Shown one piece after another: positions 13,030 through 26,473 of a stretch of 64,000 bases of DNA. The notes below the pieces were generated by a model that did no database searches, had not been told where the DNA came from, and saw only the letters and a list, made by a program, of their open reading frames with translations. The stretch comes from the human T2T-CHM13v2.0 reference genome, Homo sapiens. Location of the stretch: assembly GCF_009914755.1 (NCBI RefSeq), contig NC_060925.1, one strand, 5' to 3'. The stretch's first letter is position 1. Each line of letters begins with the position of its first letter. A program made the position numbers and the translations under genes.

Positions 13030-13490
13030 GGAAATGAGGTCCTAGTTGATGTTCTTATGCAGTGTCTAATCTTGGGGAATGGATTACTGATGTTACCTGG
13101 AAAAGGCAATGCCTTTGCTTCATCACACCCAGAAGACAGATTCCAAGGCAGTGAGTGACCTGTTGAGATAAGATGGAAGCAGGCTCTAGATCATGGTGAA
13201 TCATAGCTACTAGGATAAATAATTTGTATAAAGACATCTCTGGAAAGTCTTTGAGTGATCTCAGTGATGTGAATTTATTTGAACTTAGAAAGGTCATTCT
13301 GCTGTCAGTATTGAAAAAGGATCAAAGGAGCAATACTGAAGGCAATGAGACTAGCTAAAAGGCTGTAGAAGTAATCCAAGCAGAACATTCTGAGCATTTC
13401 ACAGAAGCAAAGAAAGGGGAGTAGAGAAGCTGATGGATTTTAGAAATATAAGGAAATCAACTCAAGTGTCCAATAGGATAGCAAAGGGCA
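13030..13490 (-). mobile_element. L2 fragment
   Basis: GGCTCTAGATCATG...TTAGAAAGGTCATTCTG...AGTAATCCAAGCAG, antisense L2 pattern. Confidence 0.5.
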
Positions 13491-14229
13491 TGGTAAGCAT
13501 AAAATATTAATGTGCAAATGGATAACTTTTGAAGTGAAAAGGGCCACTATTTTCATTGCACTGCGTAAGCACACATGAAGTGGGCGTCCTGAGGAAAACT
13601 GGGAACTATGGCAACCACAGTGATGTGTCATGGAGAATAATAATAAAAAAAAAATTCACAAGGGCATATATCTATCAGGCACTGTGAAAGTCTTTTCCAT
13701 AGGTCATTTCACATAATCCAGATACCACCCCATACAGTTAAGTTCAATTCTTACTTGGCCTTTCTGATTTTCAAGTCATTCACCTCACTATTGCAATTAT
13801 TGCCCTTTCATTCTGAAATGTTGATAAAGAATCTCTTAAAATACCATCCTCAAACAAAATTAGTAATAACATCTTAAGACAGGTGTAACTGATCTTCATA
13901 TGGGGAAGAGGTAGGAATACTGTCACGCTTTGAGAGGAATTTGTTTGATACCCACATGATCCACGTGAGCATTTCTTGGTTTCCCCTTGCCCAATTTAAT
14001 GAGAAATAGACAAGTGTAGGAATTACACTCTGAAAAAAGCATAGAGATTTTGTGCTCAGATTCTCTACTGCAGGAAAACAACTGAGACTAGAACTGGTGC
14101 TAGCTGAGGGTGATGGAAATCTAGAATGGATATTATGAGAGGAAGAGAAGGAATGTTATTTGTGGTCTTAAGAGTAGGCTGCCATCGTGGGGGCTGTTGT
14201 TTTTCCAACTTATTTTCTTGGTTTCCCCC

Positions 14230-15120
14230 AGTGGTTCATGTTCTAGACTAGTTGAAATAAGCCCATTTTACCAGTCTATACTATTGAATGCAGCTATGAA
14301 GGCTGGATAGAATGTATAAAGCAACTACCTGAGATTCTGTAAAGTGAATAGTAGCAGGTAGTTTGGGGAAGAAGACCAGAATTTAGAACCTAAGGGGAGT
14401 TTACCTTTGTTTTATTTTTATGCTTGTATCCCCTCACCTCAAATCGTTGTAATTTGAAGCACAGAAGGGGCCCCTGAGACATAGAGAGGAAGAGAGCCAA
14501 AGAAGCACTCTAGCACTAGCTCAAGGAGCATGAGAAATTCCAATTTTCTACTCTCCTTTTTTCAAATTTCTTCTATCGCAGGTTCCAAGCCATGCTGTTG
14601 TGGCAGCTCCTGCCTTTTCAACAGGAATCTTAAGCCAAAATTCTGAGATGGGGAAACTTCCTCTCTGATCAGTTGAACTGCAATTCCTTAAAGGATAGGG
14701 CTGGAGTTTTTCTTCTCTGCTGGTGTTTTTCTTCTCTACTACGTGGCTCCCAATGCAATCATAGAAATGCAGGGCAAAGTGCGGTAAGTAAAGCCACACC
14801 TTTCTAATTAGAAGAATAAAAGGGAGGACATTAGAAAACCAGAAAGTGTGGGAGAGATTGTCCAGAGAGGGTTGCTAGAGAAAAGCATAACCTATGAATT
14901 AGTTTATGTGGTCTTGGCATCTCTGCTGAGCTGCATATGCATAGATCTGATTCTCACTGGAATGCCAAAGACTGAGAAGTGGACTAACAGGCCATCTGCT
15001 GGTCAATGAGTAGAGTTCATGTGGGAGGTAATCAAACAGCCCAGCAAAGACTTTGAATGCTGAAGTGACAATGCAACCACAGTCCTCAGAAGATAGTTGG
15101 AACCTGTGGTCTGAAAAAGG
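14230..15120 (+). mobile_element. Old L1M 5' region fragment
   Basis: CAGCTATGAAGGCTGGATAGAATGTATAAAGCAACTACCTGAGATTCTG resembles the L1MC/MD 5' end. Confidence 0.4.
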
Positions 15121-15407
15121 CTGCTTATTTTAAGAGAAAAGAAAAATGTTAAGTTAGAAGGTACTCAATTCCTTAAAGCACTGGATTAGAGAAAAACTTG
15201 GGATAAACATACAGTCAATTCCTTCAAATGACCAATTGGATTAGATGCCCTCTCTTAGACAAAAAGAGATTTATGCTCACATCCACTGTCAAAAATAAAT
15301 CAGCTAGCATTGTAGCTCTGGTAGAAACATGTTTAAGTAGAAATGTGAGAAACATAAAAACAGAACAAAACAAAACATCATGTCTGATCTGTTCATTTTT
15401 TCCCCAG

Positions 15408-15481
15408 GTGTTCAGAATACCATTTTATAAAATGTGCCTAATAATTGAAATCTTAGAATATCAATGCTTTAAAAATTATAG
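15408..15481 (+). pseudogene. Candidate exon, 74 nt
   Basis: TTTTTTCCCCAG acceptor, AG|GTCAGA donor; open frame VFRIPFYKMCLIIEILEYQCFKNYR; no motif assigned. Confidence 0.35.
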
Positions 15482-15584
15482 GTCAGATTAACCCTACTAA
15501 ACATTTAATCTTAAGGGGCATGGTTTTTATAGAAAACATTCTTTCAAATTTAAAAAGCTTTTAAATTATAAATATATATTTTTA

Positions 15585-15710
15585 GGCTAACAGTGGCTCA
15601 TGCCTGTAATCCCAGCACATTGGGAGTCCAAGGGAGGAGGATTGCCTGAACACAGGAATTTGAAACCAGCCTAGGCATCATAGTGAAACCCTGTCTCTGT
15701 AAAATTAAAT
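15585..15710 (+). mobile_element. FLAM / free left Alu monomer
   Basis: Single Alu monomer CAGTGGCTCATGCCTGTAATCCCAGC...CCCTGTCTCT. Confidence 0.85.
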
Positions 15711-16920
15711 ATATATAGTTTTAAAAAAACATAAGTCATTGCTTTTGAGTGATATTTTGTTTTATTTTTAAGTGCAAGTAAATAACAGTGACAAATTTTC
15801 TATTTTTTTCTAGAAAAATTAGATGAAATCTAGATATTAATTGATGAAATGAATAATTCCCCAAGGAGAATAGTTATTTATTCATGAATTATAAAAGACA
15901 ATTTATTTATAATATGCTAGAATACAGCTTAATTTTGAAGCAATTTCAGGTAGGGACTAATAATTTTCCCTTATGAATTAAATTGTAAGTGTCATTTCAA
16001 AGATATTTTTACTTCAGCTTTGGCTTAATGGCATTTCAAATTTCTAATAATTGGATTATATTTAAAGATTCAAAAGGTAAACAATATTTAGGTTTGTTTT
16101 TTTCATTTTATAAACCAAAAACACATTTCCCTGATCTCTTTTCTCACATTCACCAAAGGGGAAAAGAAAAGACAATATAGTTAATAATAAGTGAGAAATT
16201 AAATACCATTGTTTTATTCCTATGCCTTATTTGGTAGTATGTTTCAAGAGTGTTACAGTTTCTTTAATGGATTTTAACCTATCCAGATTTACTATTTCTT
16301 CTTGTGGGTATTGCAATATTATTTTTTGAAAAAAATATCTTTCTTTAATCTATATCTTTAAATATTTAAATTTATACAACTCATATTTTAAATTTATATC
16401 TATAGTTACATTTTTTTCATTACTAATATTCTTTCATTAAGCATTCTCTCTGTCTTAAATTTTAGTCTGGTAGGTAGTTTGCCAATTTTGTCTTTTCAAA
16501 AACTATGCTTTTCTTCTCCCCTTAATGTATGATTTTACGTTATCATTTTGTTCCTCATCATGTTATAATACATGCTTTTCACTGTTGCTCTTGAATCCCA
16601 CTTCCTTTGGCTTCATTTTTCCTTTTGTAGAAAGGATGATTTGTGATTCTTAATGTCTTAAAAGTTTTGATTGTACTCACTGAAAATTTTGCAGTACATA
16701 AACTTTTTATATTTACAATTCTATCCTCTCAACACTTTTCTCTTAGCATCTACCTTTGTTTATTGGTGATTTGGGGGTATTTTCTTTTCTTCATTCTTCA
16801 TGTTGAGCAGTATCTCTATGAGGTGATGAGATATTCATTCAAAAAAAAGTTTATTCTACACTCCATGATTCTACAATCTATGATTATTCTACAAACTATG
16901 AAATTTTTCAACCTGTGCAA

Positions 16921-18615
16921 TTTTTACAGTAGGTCATCAGGAAGACATGAGCAGGGCAGGAGAGGGCTCCCCCTGCAACCAGGAATGTCAGGCAACCATT
17001 AGGTGATGGTCAGGGAGTTGTTAATTGTCTCTCTAAAATAATAATTTTTCACAGCCAGTGCCAGGGAAAGGCAGTCTCCCTATAGATAGGAAAAAAATCA
17101 AAACAAAAAAACTGGTGATCAGCAACTTCCTAATAAGATCTCAGGAGTTGGGTGACTAAGCTTATGCGTGAAGGGGTGGCCTGCCCCTCCATACCTGTGG
17201 GTGTTTCTCATCAGGTGAAACGAGAGACTTGAGAAAAGAAAGAGACACAGAGACAAAGTATAGAGAAAGAAAAGTGGGCCCAGGGGACCGGTGCTCAGCA
17301 TACGGAGGACCCATGCTGGCACCAGTCTCTGAGTTCCCTCAGTGTTTATTGATCATTATCTCTACCATCTCAGAGAGGGGGATGTGGCAGGACAATAGGG
17401 TAATAGTGGAGAGAGGGTCAACAGGAAAACATGTGAACAAATGTCTCTGCATCATAAACAAGGTAAAGAAAAAAGTGCTGTGCTTTTCATGTGCATATAC
17501 ATAAACATCTCAATGCCTTAAAGAGCAGTATTGCCTCCAGCATGTCTCACCTCCAGCCCTAAGGCGGTTTTTCTCCTATCTCAGTAGATGGAATATACAA
17601 TCGGGTTTTACACCAAGACACATTCCATTGCCCAGGGACGAGCTGGAGACAGATGCCTTCCTCTTATCTCAACTGCAAAGAGGCCTTCCTCTTTTACTAA
17701 TCCTCCTCAGCACAGACCCTCTACCGGTGTCGGGCTGGGGGACGGTCAGGTGTTTCCCTTCCCACAAGGCCATATTTCAGACTATCACATGGGGAGAAAC
17801 CTTGGAAAATACATGGCATTCCTAGACAGAGGTCCCTGAGGCCTTCTGCAGTGTTTTGTGTCCCTGGGTACTTGAGAGTAGGGAGTGGTGATGACTTTTA
17901 ACAAGCAAGCTGCCTTCAAGCATTTGTTTAACAAAGCACATCCTGCATAGCCCTAAATCCATTTGACCTTGAGTCAAGACAGCATATGTCTCTGCGAGCA
18001 CGGGGTTGGGGGTAGGGTTACAGATTAACAGCATCTCAAGGCAGAAGAATTTTTCTTAGTACAGAACAAAATGGAGTCTCTTATGTCTACTTCTTTCTAC
18101 ATAGACACAGTAACAGTCTGATCTCTCTTTCTTTTCCCCACACATGCGTGCACATTAAGAGGCAAAATGGCGGAGCATAACTGTTATGTGATCTTCCAGG
18201 GGCATTTGGCGGAAGGGAAGAATGCCTCAAGTGAGGATGCATTCAACTCCAGTAAACACACTGTGCATGCTCCCCTCCCAAGCACATTAGGCCACTGTAC
18301 ATGCGGATAGCCCACCCTACAGGAAGAATCAGGGCAGAAGAGATGCAAGACCCCAGAAGCATGCCAACATAGAAATCCCCAAGTCAAAACGTAAAACCAC
18401 ACACTTGTCCTTCAAGTCACCCACTTGACCCTCTTCAAAGTTTCATTCCTTTCCATCATTTCATTCCTGCTCTAAAGCTTTTTAATAAGCTTTCACTCCT
18501 GCTCTAAGACTTGACTTGGCATCTTCTTTTACCTATGTCTCTCAGTCGATTCTTTCTTCTGAGGAGCCATGACTTGAGGTTGCTGCAGACCTCCAGGGAT
18601 TTGATGTCAGTAACA
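16921..18615 (+). mobile_element. MER50-type ERV1 5' LTR (interrupted by LTR5)
   Basis: CCAGGAATGTCAGGCAACCATTAGGTGATGGTCAGG...; resumes at 18143; ends GTAACA at 18615, followed by a PBS. Confidence 0.8.
17169..18142 (-). mobile_element. HERV-K(HML-2) solo LTR, LTR5B/A-like, 974 bp
   Basis: Reverse complement starts TGTGGGGAAAAGAAAGAGAGATCAGACTG and ends CCACCCCTTCA; 6-bp TSD TATGCG (17163-17168) / CATGCG (18143-18148). Confidence 0.93.
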
Positions 18616-18620
18616 TATTT

Positions 18621-18638
18621 TGGTGCCATGACTTGGAT
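18621..18638 (+). other. Retroviral primer-binding site, tRNA-His type
   Basis: TGGTGCCATGACTTGGAT vs TGGTGCCGTGACTCGGAT (two CpG transitions), just after the LTR end. Confidence 0.75.
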
Positions 18639-21600
18639 AGCTTCCACCGCTAATACATTTTGCTGCCGTGTGACTTGGATAACTTCCATCACCAACGTAC
18701 TTTGGTGCTACATGGCTTGGATACATTCCGTAGTGTTAATATACCTTTATGTCTCACCTTCTTTGGCTGGAGGCATTCAACCCTGTACAAGGTTTTCTTC
18801 TCTCCTTTTACTCTCCTGCTTACTAACCAACACCCAGAACAATTCTTCTCAGTCATAAGTAACTCTTCTCCACCCAGCTGATCTCTCAGCTCACATGGAT
18901 GGGTGGCTTTTGGGGGTGGAAAGGATCTTGGGGTCTGCATTGAGTAGAACTGAAGCACTAATGGCCCTCTTGGACAGGAGGCTTGTGAGAGTGGTAGGGC
19001 TAAAGCCTAAAACCGTGCAATGTCTTGGGTTTCCTCTGCCTTTTCAATTAAAACCGTCTGTTTCCCAAAAACCTGCACTGCCTATTCTCTCGTTTTCTCT
19101 GTGTGTGTTTTACAATGGCCTTGTACACTTGCTGGACCATCCACCTCAGGGGCAAGTCTGCCTCTTTGCTTTCACTTTGCATTCCATGGGATTTCTTAAA
19201 CACACACTCCCTGCTATTCATGTGCTCATGACTTTTACTGCATTTGCATGTCAGCAAAGACAAGGGCTCCCTTGAGGATATCCCCTGAGATTTATACTTG
19301 TTCTTACCCTACCAGCTCGGATGACCTTCAGCCCTTCCCCTGTGTGCTGGCACATTTCTGGGAATGGCACTAATTGGAACTCTGGCTCTGCCAGCTCCTT
19401 ATGACTTACCACATGGTTTTTGTTCCTGTTATGCTCCAGGGCCAAGTTTTCTGGTGGCTTTTGAAGCAGGTTGTCTGCCTCCATAGGGCCTCACTCTGTG
19501 GCCCTTTAAGAATCCCACCTATTGGCTTTTGTGAGCTAGCACCCCTTTGAAAAAAGGGGAAATTCCTCCTTTGCCATCTGTGAGTTCTTATCCCAAGCTC
19601 CAAGTCCTCTGGAGGTTACCACTTTATGTCAAGAGGGCAAATAAATGTTGCTCTTGCAAATCCAAAGGCTGCTGTTTTTGTGAGCATATAAAGGCCCTTA
19701 CGTGAGTATTCCTCATGCATCCTCTCACTTCCTCCCGTAGCCTCCATTTCTCTAATTACATCCACGTCTTTCTCAATATGCATCAAGACCTCCAAGGCTA
19801 TATTCTAAGGGAGGAAGCAGGGAAGTGCAGCCCCTAAAAAACAGGCTTTTTGTCTACTTAAATAATGTAGGAAATGGGAGTCTGAAAAAAAGATAATCTT
19901 TTTTTTTTTTTTTTTTTTTTTTCCTGGAATGCTCCAAGCAAAAGTCACTGTAAGATCATGGAGTCAAGGATATAGGCTGGCCCAAAGTCACAGGCACAAG
20001 AGCCCCATAGGGCAGAGATGAAGGTTGGTCCCAGGCTAACAGGTTGCCATTAGAACACAGATGAAAGGTTAGGGGTACAAAGTAAGACTGGTTATTCCAG
20101 AATCCCAAGGATGAGTAGAGGGTCCACTGTTCACTCCAGTATCTCCTCTGTTCTCAAGTGCATAACCCTCCAGGTTGCCCTAAGGATAGGCTTCCAGGTA
20201 ACTGCCATTGGTGCAGGAAGCCAGGCCACTGGAAGGCAAACTGCCCCAATGGCATAAAAATAGGGAAAAGCCCTGCGTGGCTTGTCTTCTCTACCACAAG
20301 GGCCCCCAGGACAGAATCCCAACCCTTAATGGCCTTGAGTGGAAGGGATCTCTGCTCCAGCAGCTACCAGCTCAGATATCATCATCAACAGAACAAAGCC
20401 AAGGGCAACTCTGGAGGTGGCAAGTAAAATTATAAATGCTCCTTTTGCATTCAAAAGCTGCCTACTCTGTGCTAATCTCCTTCTCTAAGCAACTCTCCTC
20501 CAAATAATGTTGGGTAATCAGGGCAAATAATATCCCCTTCCTTCAAAAGGAAAGATTCATACCCCTTTATATTACTTAAGGGACCAATTACCATTCTCCC
20601 ACCAGTCCCTGGTAAAGTTGAAATACCCCACACCTCTCTAGGGCAAAAATACACTTTCCATGATTTGTGCTCACTTAATATTTACTCCACCTCTGAATTC
20701 ATTTTTCTCTCTAATATCCCTATTTCTCTCAGACAAGCTAACTAAATTGTTAACCAATAACTTCAACCTGGACAGTCCTACCTCTGGGGTTTAGAAATAA
20801 CCCACACTTATTCAGGCAAGCCCTAGCAAAAATCTAACTGAGCAGTCTCTTGAGCGGGGATAACTTCTACAGTATGCAGATAACTTCTGTATCTGCTCCC
20901 CACTCACAAGATGTGCATAGTAACATACACTACAATCCATAACTTCCTAACAGAAGGAAAATGACTTTTGTCTAATTACAGTTATGGGTGGCATGTGCAG
21001 GATCATAGAACATGGGGAGCTTTTTTCTCCCCACAGAGGAAAACTTAAGATCAGATGAGACAGCTGGAAAAGATCCCTTTGCTACTAAAAAGTGGCTGCC
21101 TGAACTTTTGATTCACTGTTGCTGCAACGGGTGGGTCTTTCTCTGGCTTCACTGAGCTCCTTGCCTTCCCCAACCCACTGCAGTCAATGCTTTTCTCTCC
21201 CTCTTTCTCTCCTTTCCCTTTCCTATATTTTGTGTTAGAACCTGCATTCATATTCTCCTGTTTTCTCTGTGTGTGTTCTAAAATGGCCAACTGGGGGCAA
21301 GTTTGAACCTTTCCAGTTCGGTTTTGGTTGCTAAGAGAAGTGGCTAATATCTGTGTTTTGTCAGGCATATTTTGCTCTGGCCAAAATGGAAAATATTAAT
21401 TTGGTTACTCCAGGAAACCACTTGGGCAGCATCTTACAATATTAAGAGGCTTTTTGGCCTGTGGTTTCATGAAATAAAAAGATAATAATAATTTTTCTTT
21501 GTTTTGCCCCTTGGCCCCCAGGGCGACAATACAGAGAGAAAGGTTGCTAGGGCTGCTCAGGGAAAGGGAACCCAGAAACCTGGCATGCTGACAACAGGGT

Positions 21601-22037
21601 AAATTCTTACCAGTCGGAATTCTGGCCTCTCTCTCTGTGCAAATCTACTGTAGCAATGGTAAAAATCACTGTCTCCTCTGCAACATTTTAATTAGTAAGA
21701 AAAAGGATTTGTGAAGCTGGTTTCAGTTTATAAGGAATCTGGTGTATTTTGTGCTATACATTTGTCTTTCTGTGTTGTGGTATATTGGAGAGTGGTACCT
21801 CAGGACAAAACATGGGCTTAGGATCTCATAAGCCCACTGGTCAAGGCAGCTTGGGAAACTTACGTTACAAACTTTACTGCAGGTCCTTGAAACAAACAAA
21901 CCAACCAAAAAGCTAGATGAAGTTTCCCTGTTGTCTTGTTTTAAGTCCTTGGGAGCTTGACCTTGTAACCATGTGGCAATACTTTCTTTTATTCTCTGCT
22001 GTCTGGAAGATAGGAATTTTTGACTTTATGTTATAGC

Positions 22038-22362
22038 TTTTTTTTTTTTTTTTTTTTTTTTTGAGATGGAGTTTCACTCTTGTCTCCCAGGCTAGAGTGC
22101 AGTGCCTCACTCTCAGCCCATCACAACCTTCACCTCCCAGGTTCAAGCCATCCTCCTGCCTCATCCCCCTGAGTAGCTGGGATCACAGGCACAGGCCATT
22201 AGGCCTGGCTAATTTTTGTATTTCTTTTTTTTTTTTTTTTTTTGTAGAGATTGGATTTCATCCTGTTGGCCAGGCTGGTCTTGTACTTTCAACTTCAGGT
22301 GATCTGCCTGCCTCGGCCTCCCAAAGTGTTGGAATTACAGGCATGAGTCACCTTGCCGGGCC
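22038..22362 (-). mobile_element. AluS-type element within the ERV internal region
   Basis: Poly-T followed by GAGATGGAGTTTCACTCT...GCCGGGCC. Confidence 0.93.
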
Positions 22363-22644
22363 ACACTAAAAATTATTTTGAGTGAGTTAAAAGCCACTGA
22401 CAGCTCAAAATTGGCTGCCTCCAGGAACCTTCTGGAAAGAACAATGAAAACTGCCCAATTCTGTAGCTCAGCAGGTAAGTCTTCACCATTTTATAATGGT
22501 GGCCAGGGCTCAATTCCTGGTGTAGAGAATGAGTCCTTTCACATTTATGTGAGACCTTTAGCATTTATGGATTCTCTGCCCCTCCATGATCAACTTCTGA
22601 CTTCTCTTCTTGAATTTTCCTTTCTCTGAGCACCTGTGAGGTTA

Positions 22645-22752
22645 CTTGCCTCAGTCTCTCCTTCTGGCTTATGCCCCTCAGTCAAATTCTTTCTTCCGAG
22701 GAGGCAATAATTGAGGTTGCTGCAGATCCATATGGATTCGTGGCTGGTAACA
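22645..22752 (+). mobile_element. MER50-type 3' LTR remnant (3' end only)
   Basis: Homologous to ~18510-18615 (TCAGTC..ATTCTTTCTTC..GAGG..TTGAGGTTGCTGCAGA..GTAACA). Confidence 0.75.
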
Positions 22753-23914
22753 GAAATTTTTTCTGGTAGATTCTGGGAATATCTCTCTCTTTACACACAC
22801 ACCCACATAGTGCCTTTATCTCTCCAAATATCACTTGTTGCTGCTTCTTTATTAGATATTTTGAAACTTCTTGCTCCATTTTCTGTGTTTCTTAGTTTTT
22901 CTTTAGTATCATTGATTATTTAAACTTTCTGTGCTACATTCTTAAAGATTTTCTCCATTATATCTTGTAATCAATTAATTTTTCTTCAGCTATATCCAAT
23001 TGTTAAATTCGCTTTTAGTTGTAACTATTTATGTTGACATTTTTACTGATTTTTATTCCCCAGAGTTCCTATAGAAATTTGCTTGGTGTTTAGCTTCATA
23101 ACTGTCCTTTCTTGTTTAAGAAATTCTTATTTTTACATACATGATTTCATCACTTTATACAATATCTATAAATACAGTTGCTTTATAGTTATTTTGGATT
23201 ACTCTAATATTTTTTCCTTTTCTTTTGGCATTTTGTTCAGTGTGTTGATTGTCTTTCTTGGAAGTATATGTTCTTTTAAATTTGGTATTTTATGTTGAGG
23301 AGCTAAACTCCTGACCAAGTTCCTCCCTTTATGGTAACTTACTGTTTGCTTAAATCCTGGTCCCTCAGAATGGATAGGTCTTTAGTTCAAAGTCTTCCTT
23401 GTGGCTATAGGTGCTGAATCTTTAGGTTCTGATCCCATGTGTTCACAGCTGCAAATTGGGAAGCCCATTGAAGCTCTTTTTTTTAATAAATGAGCTTTTT
23501 ATTTTTTTAAATAAATGGATAACACAGTTCCAGCTTTAGACTTAATGAGTGGATCCTGATTGTAATTTTCTGCCAAATGCAAGACGCTTGTCTTCTCAGG
23601 TGGCCTTCGAACTCATGCTGTTTTTCTCACATCAAATCACAAAATTCAGTACCTTCTCACCATCATGAGTTTAATTTGTATTTTTAATCAAGATATTTCT
23701 TTCTTATTTTCAAATATAGCTACATATTTTTAACCAACAGTACTGAAGTGCACTTGTGTACAACTGTAGTTTGTATACAATGAAATGTACTCATTTTAAA
23801 GACACGCTTCATTGAGTGTTGACCAATGTATGCACAATCAAGGTATATAATAAAGGTATATAATAGCTCCATTACCACATCAAGTTGCTTTATGTTCATT
23901 TTCTTATTTTTTAT

Positions 23915-24990
23915 ATAATTTTAGAAACAATTTTAAACTTATAGAAAAATTGTACCACAAATGACTTTTTTCCTAAACCATTTGAAAATAAGTTGTCAAC
24001 CCAATGCTCCATTGCCCTGAATATAATTTGGATAATTCTTAAAAACAAACTTGTCTTCTTATATAACCGCAATTACGACTATCAAAATAAAGAAATTGAC
24101 AGTCATACATTACTACATATAATCTTCAGACCTCATTCAAATTTTTCTATATTTTTCAGTAATGTACCTTATGGCAAAATAATATTGTTCAAAATAATGT
24201 ATTATATTTAGTTGACAGGTTTTTATAAGTCTCTTCCAGCCAGAACATTTCTGCAGTTTTACTTTCACTTCTGTGACTGAAATTTAAAGATAACAGATCC
24301 ATTATTTTGCAGAATGCCCTCAATTGTTTTTTGACTGATATTTTTTCATAACTAGATTTAGATTATGTTTCATTGGCAAGAGTATTAGACAAATAATATG
24401 TGTTCTTCTCATTGCTTTCTCCCAGTTGTGTACAGGTTCAGGTTACCTTTCTTATTACTGTGTTGTTTACTTTGATTCTTTCATTAAAAGTCATGTCTTA
24501 ACAGCTTTCTCTCCTGTGAAGAGACTCTTTTGCCCTTTTTAATTATTGAATAATTTGTGTAGAGGTGCAGTACTTTGGAATAACTCAATATAATATTCAA
24601 CTTTCAATATATTAATATATTTATATATTATTTCAGTGTGGATGCATGCATTATCATTTTATTTAATGGATAACAACTTATTGTTAATTTTTATTTTGAT
24701 ACTGATATTTTCTTAGAGTTGGCCAGTGAGAGAGAGTTCCTTCAAGCTGGCTTCTATGTCCTCTGGACATGTTCCTATTCTTCTTTAAGCACTTCCTTGC
24801 TATCTGGCACAATAAATGTTCCAGGCTCATCTTCTAATTTCCCTGCTCCACCTGCAGATTTAGCCATTTCTCCAAGGACCCTTGGTTCCTTTTAGTGGAT
24901 AATGATATTTATAATTCAGCATGTGGATACTAGGTGCACTCATTACTATTGGGGTTTTATTGTGCCCAGATTCTCTCAGTGAATAGACAT
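23915..24990 (-). mobile_element. L1MC4-like 3' end
   Basis: TTTAAACTTATAGAAAAATTG...TTGGCCAGTGAGAG..CCTTCAAGCTGGCTTCT...TCCAGGCTCATCTT. Confidence 0.7.
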
Positions 24991-25115
24991 ATACCATATA
25001 TATCTATATATATCTATATATATAATATATAGATATATATACACACACACAAACACACACATATATACATATCTGTGTATATATGTGTGTGTTTATACAT
25101 GTATATGTATGTGTA
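24990..25115. repeat. (TA)n/(CA)n/(TG)n low-complexity microsatellite
   Basis: Direct observation. Confidence 0.8.
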
Positions 25116-26062
25116 TAGCCCACCCCAGGCTTTGCCCTCATGTTGGTGCCATACTTACTCCACTCAGATTCTGATAGCCCACATCAGGCTGCCCATTTAC
25201 ATGAACAGCCTCTTTGCAGCACTTGTGCTGGACGCCTCACCCATGCCAGGCCCACAACCTGTGACGATGCCTTCTCACTCTGCTCCAGCATGACTCTCAG
25301 TGCCAGATGCTCTTCCGCACTTTCAAATGTTAGTCTTCATTTTGGTTATATATTGCTCCTTCCTTCCTTTCCTTTTTCTTTTCAACCTCCTGTAGGATAT
25401 TGTGTGATGAATTATTCATTGTTTATCTATATTTGTTTTCTTTCTTTACACTGGCTTCTGCTTTCTAACCTAAACTATCTGCCTGCACACTGCCTACTTT
25501 TCCTCATGCCACAACTTCATCATTTTCCTTCCTTTCACTTTTAGACATTTTAAGAAGTCTATGTTCTTTCTCTTCCCATTCTCAGCCAATCACTATCATC
25601 TTGCTTTGAGTCTCATTATTCTAGTAAAAATGATCTCTTTAATTGTAACAGTGACTTCACAAGTTAAAACAGCCTCCTGTTTCAGTTTTTAAGTTGCAAT
25701 ACTTAGTATTCTCACATTATTTTTGAACAATGTCTAAAATGCAAAAAGATTCACTGAAAGAATTACTACTGCTCCTAAAATTCTAAGAAATTCAGGCCTA
25801 CTGATAGAACAACTCAACAAAATTAAAGAAAAAATATTCTTAATAGTATAACAAAATGAAAATATCAGAACTTTCAAATAAATTAATTTATCTCTGTGCT
25901 TAATAATATTTTTCAAAATTTAAATGACATTATAAATGGAATGAAATTAAAATTACCCTATATCATATATTGTATAATGTTAATAAGATCCCAGTAGTAC
26001 TTATTTCCAAACTACCCAACATTTAAGATATTATGTTACAATAGATTTTTAACTTTAACTTG

Positions 26063-26144
26063 TACACACACACATATATGTAAATATATATGTATATATA
26101 TGTGTATATGTATATGTGGGTGTGTGTGTGTCTGTCTATGTGTA

Positions 26145-26177
<33 letters not shown>

Positions 26178-26184
26178 GTATGTA
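26063..26184. repeat. (CA)/(TA)/(TG)n microsatellite at the Alu tail
   Basis: Direct observation. Confidence 0.85.
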
Positions 26185-26473
26185 TTTAGAGACAGAGCCT
26201 TGCTCTGTTGCCCAGGCTGGAGTGCATGCAGTAGTGCAAAGATGGCTCACTGCAACCTGACCTCCTGGGCTCAGGTGATCCTCCTGCCTCACCTTCTGAG
26301 TGGCAGGGACTGCAGGGGTGTGCAATCATGCCCAGCTAATTTTTAAAATTTTTTATAGAGATGGGATCTTGTTGTGTTGCCCAGGCTGGTCTTGAACTCC
26401 TAGTGTCAAATGATTCTCTTACCTTGGCCTCCTAAAGTGTTGGGATTACAGGTGTAAGCCATAGCACCAGGCT
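26185..26473 (-). mobile_element. AluJ-type element
   Basis: AGAGACAGAGCCTTGCTCTGTTGCCCAGGCTGG...GGGATTACAGGTGTAAGCC. Confidence 0.92.

Larger units (their letters stand above)
18616..22644 (+). mobile_element. ERV1 internal region (MER50-int/MER4-group), deleted and decayed
   Basis: Lies between two MER50 LTR ends; Gag CCHC knuckle CHWCRKPGHWKANC at 20203-20244. Confidence 0.75.
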
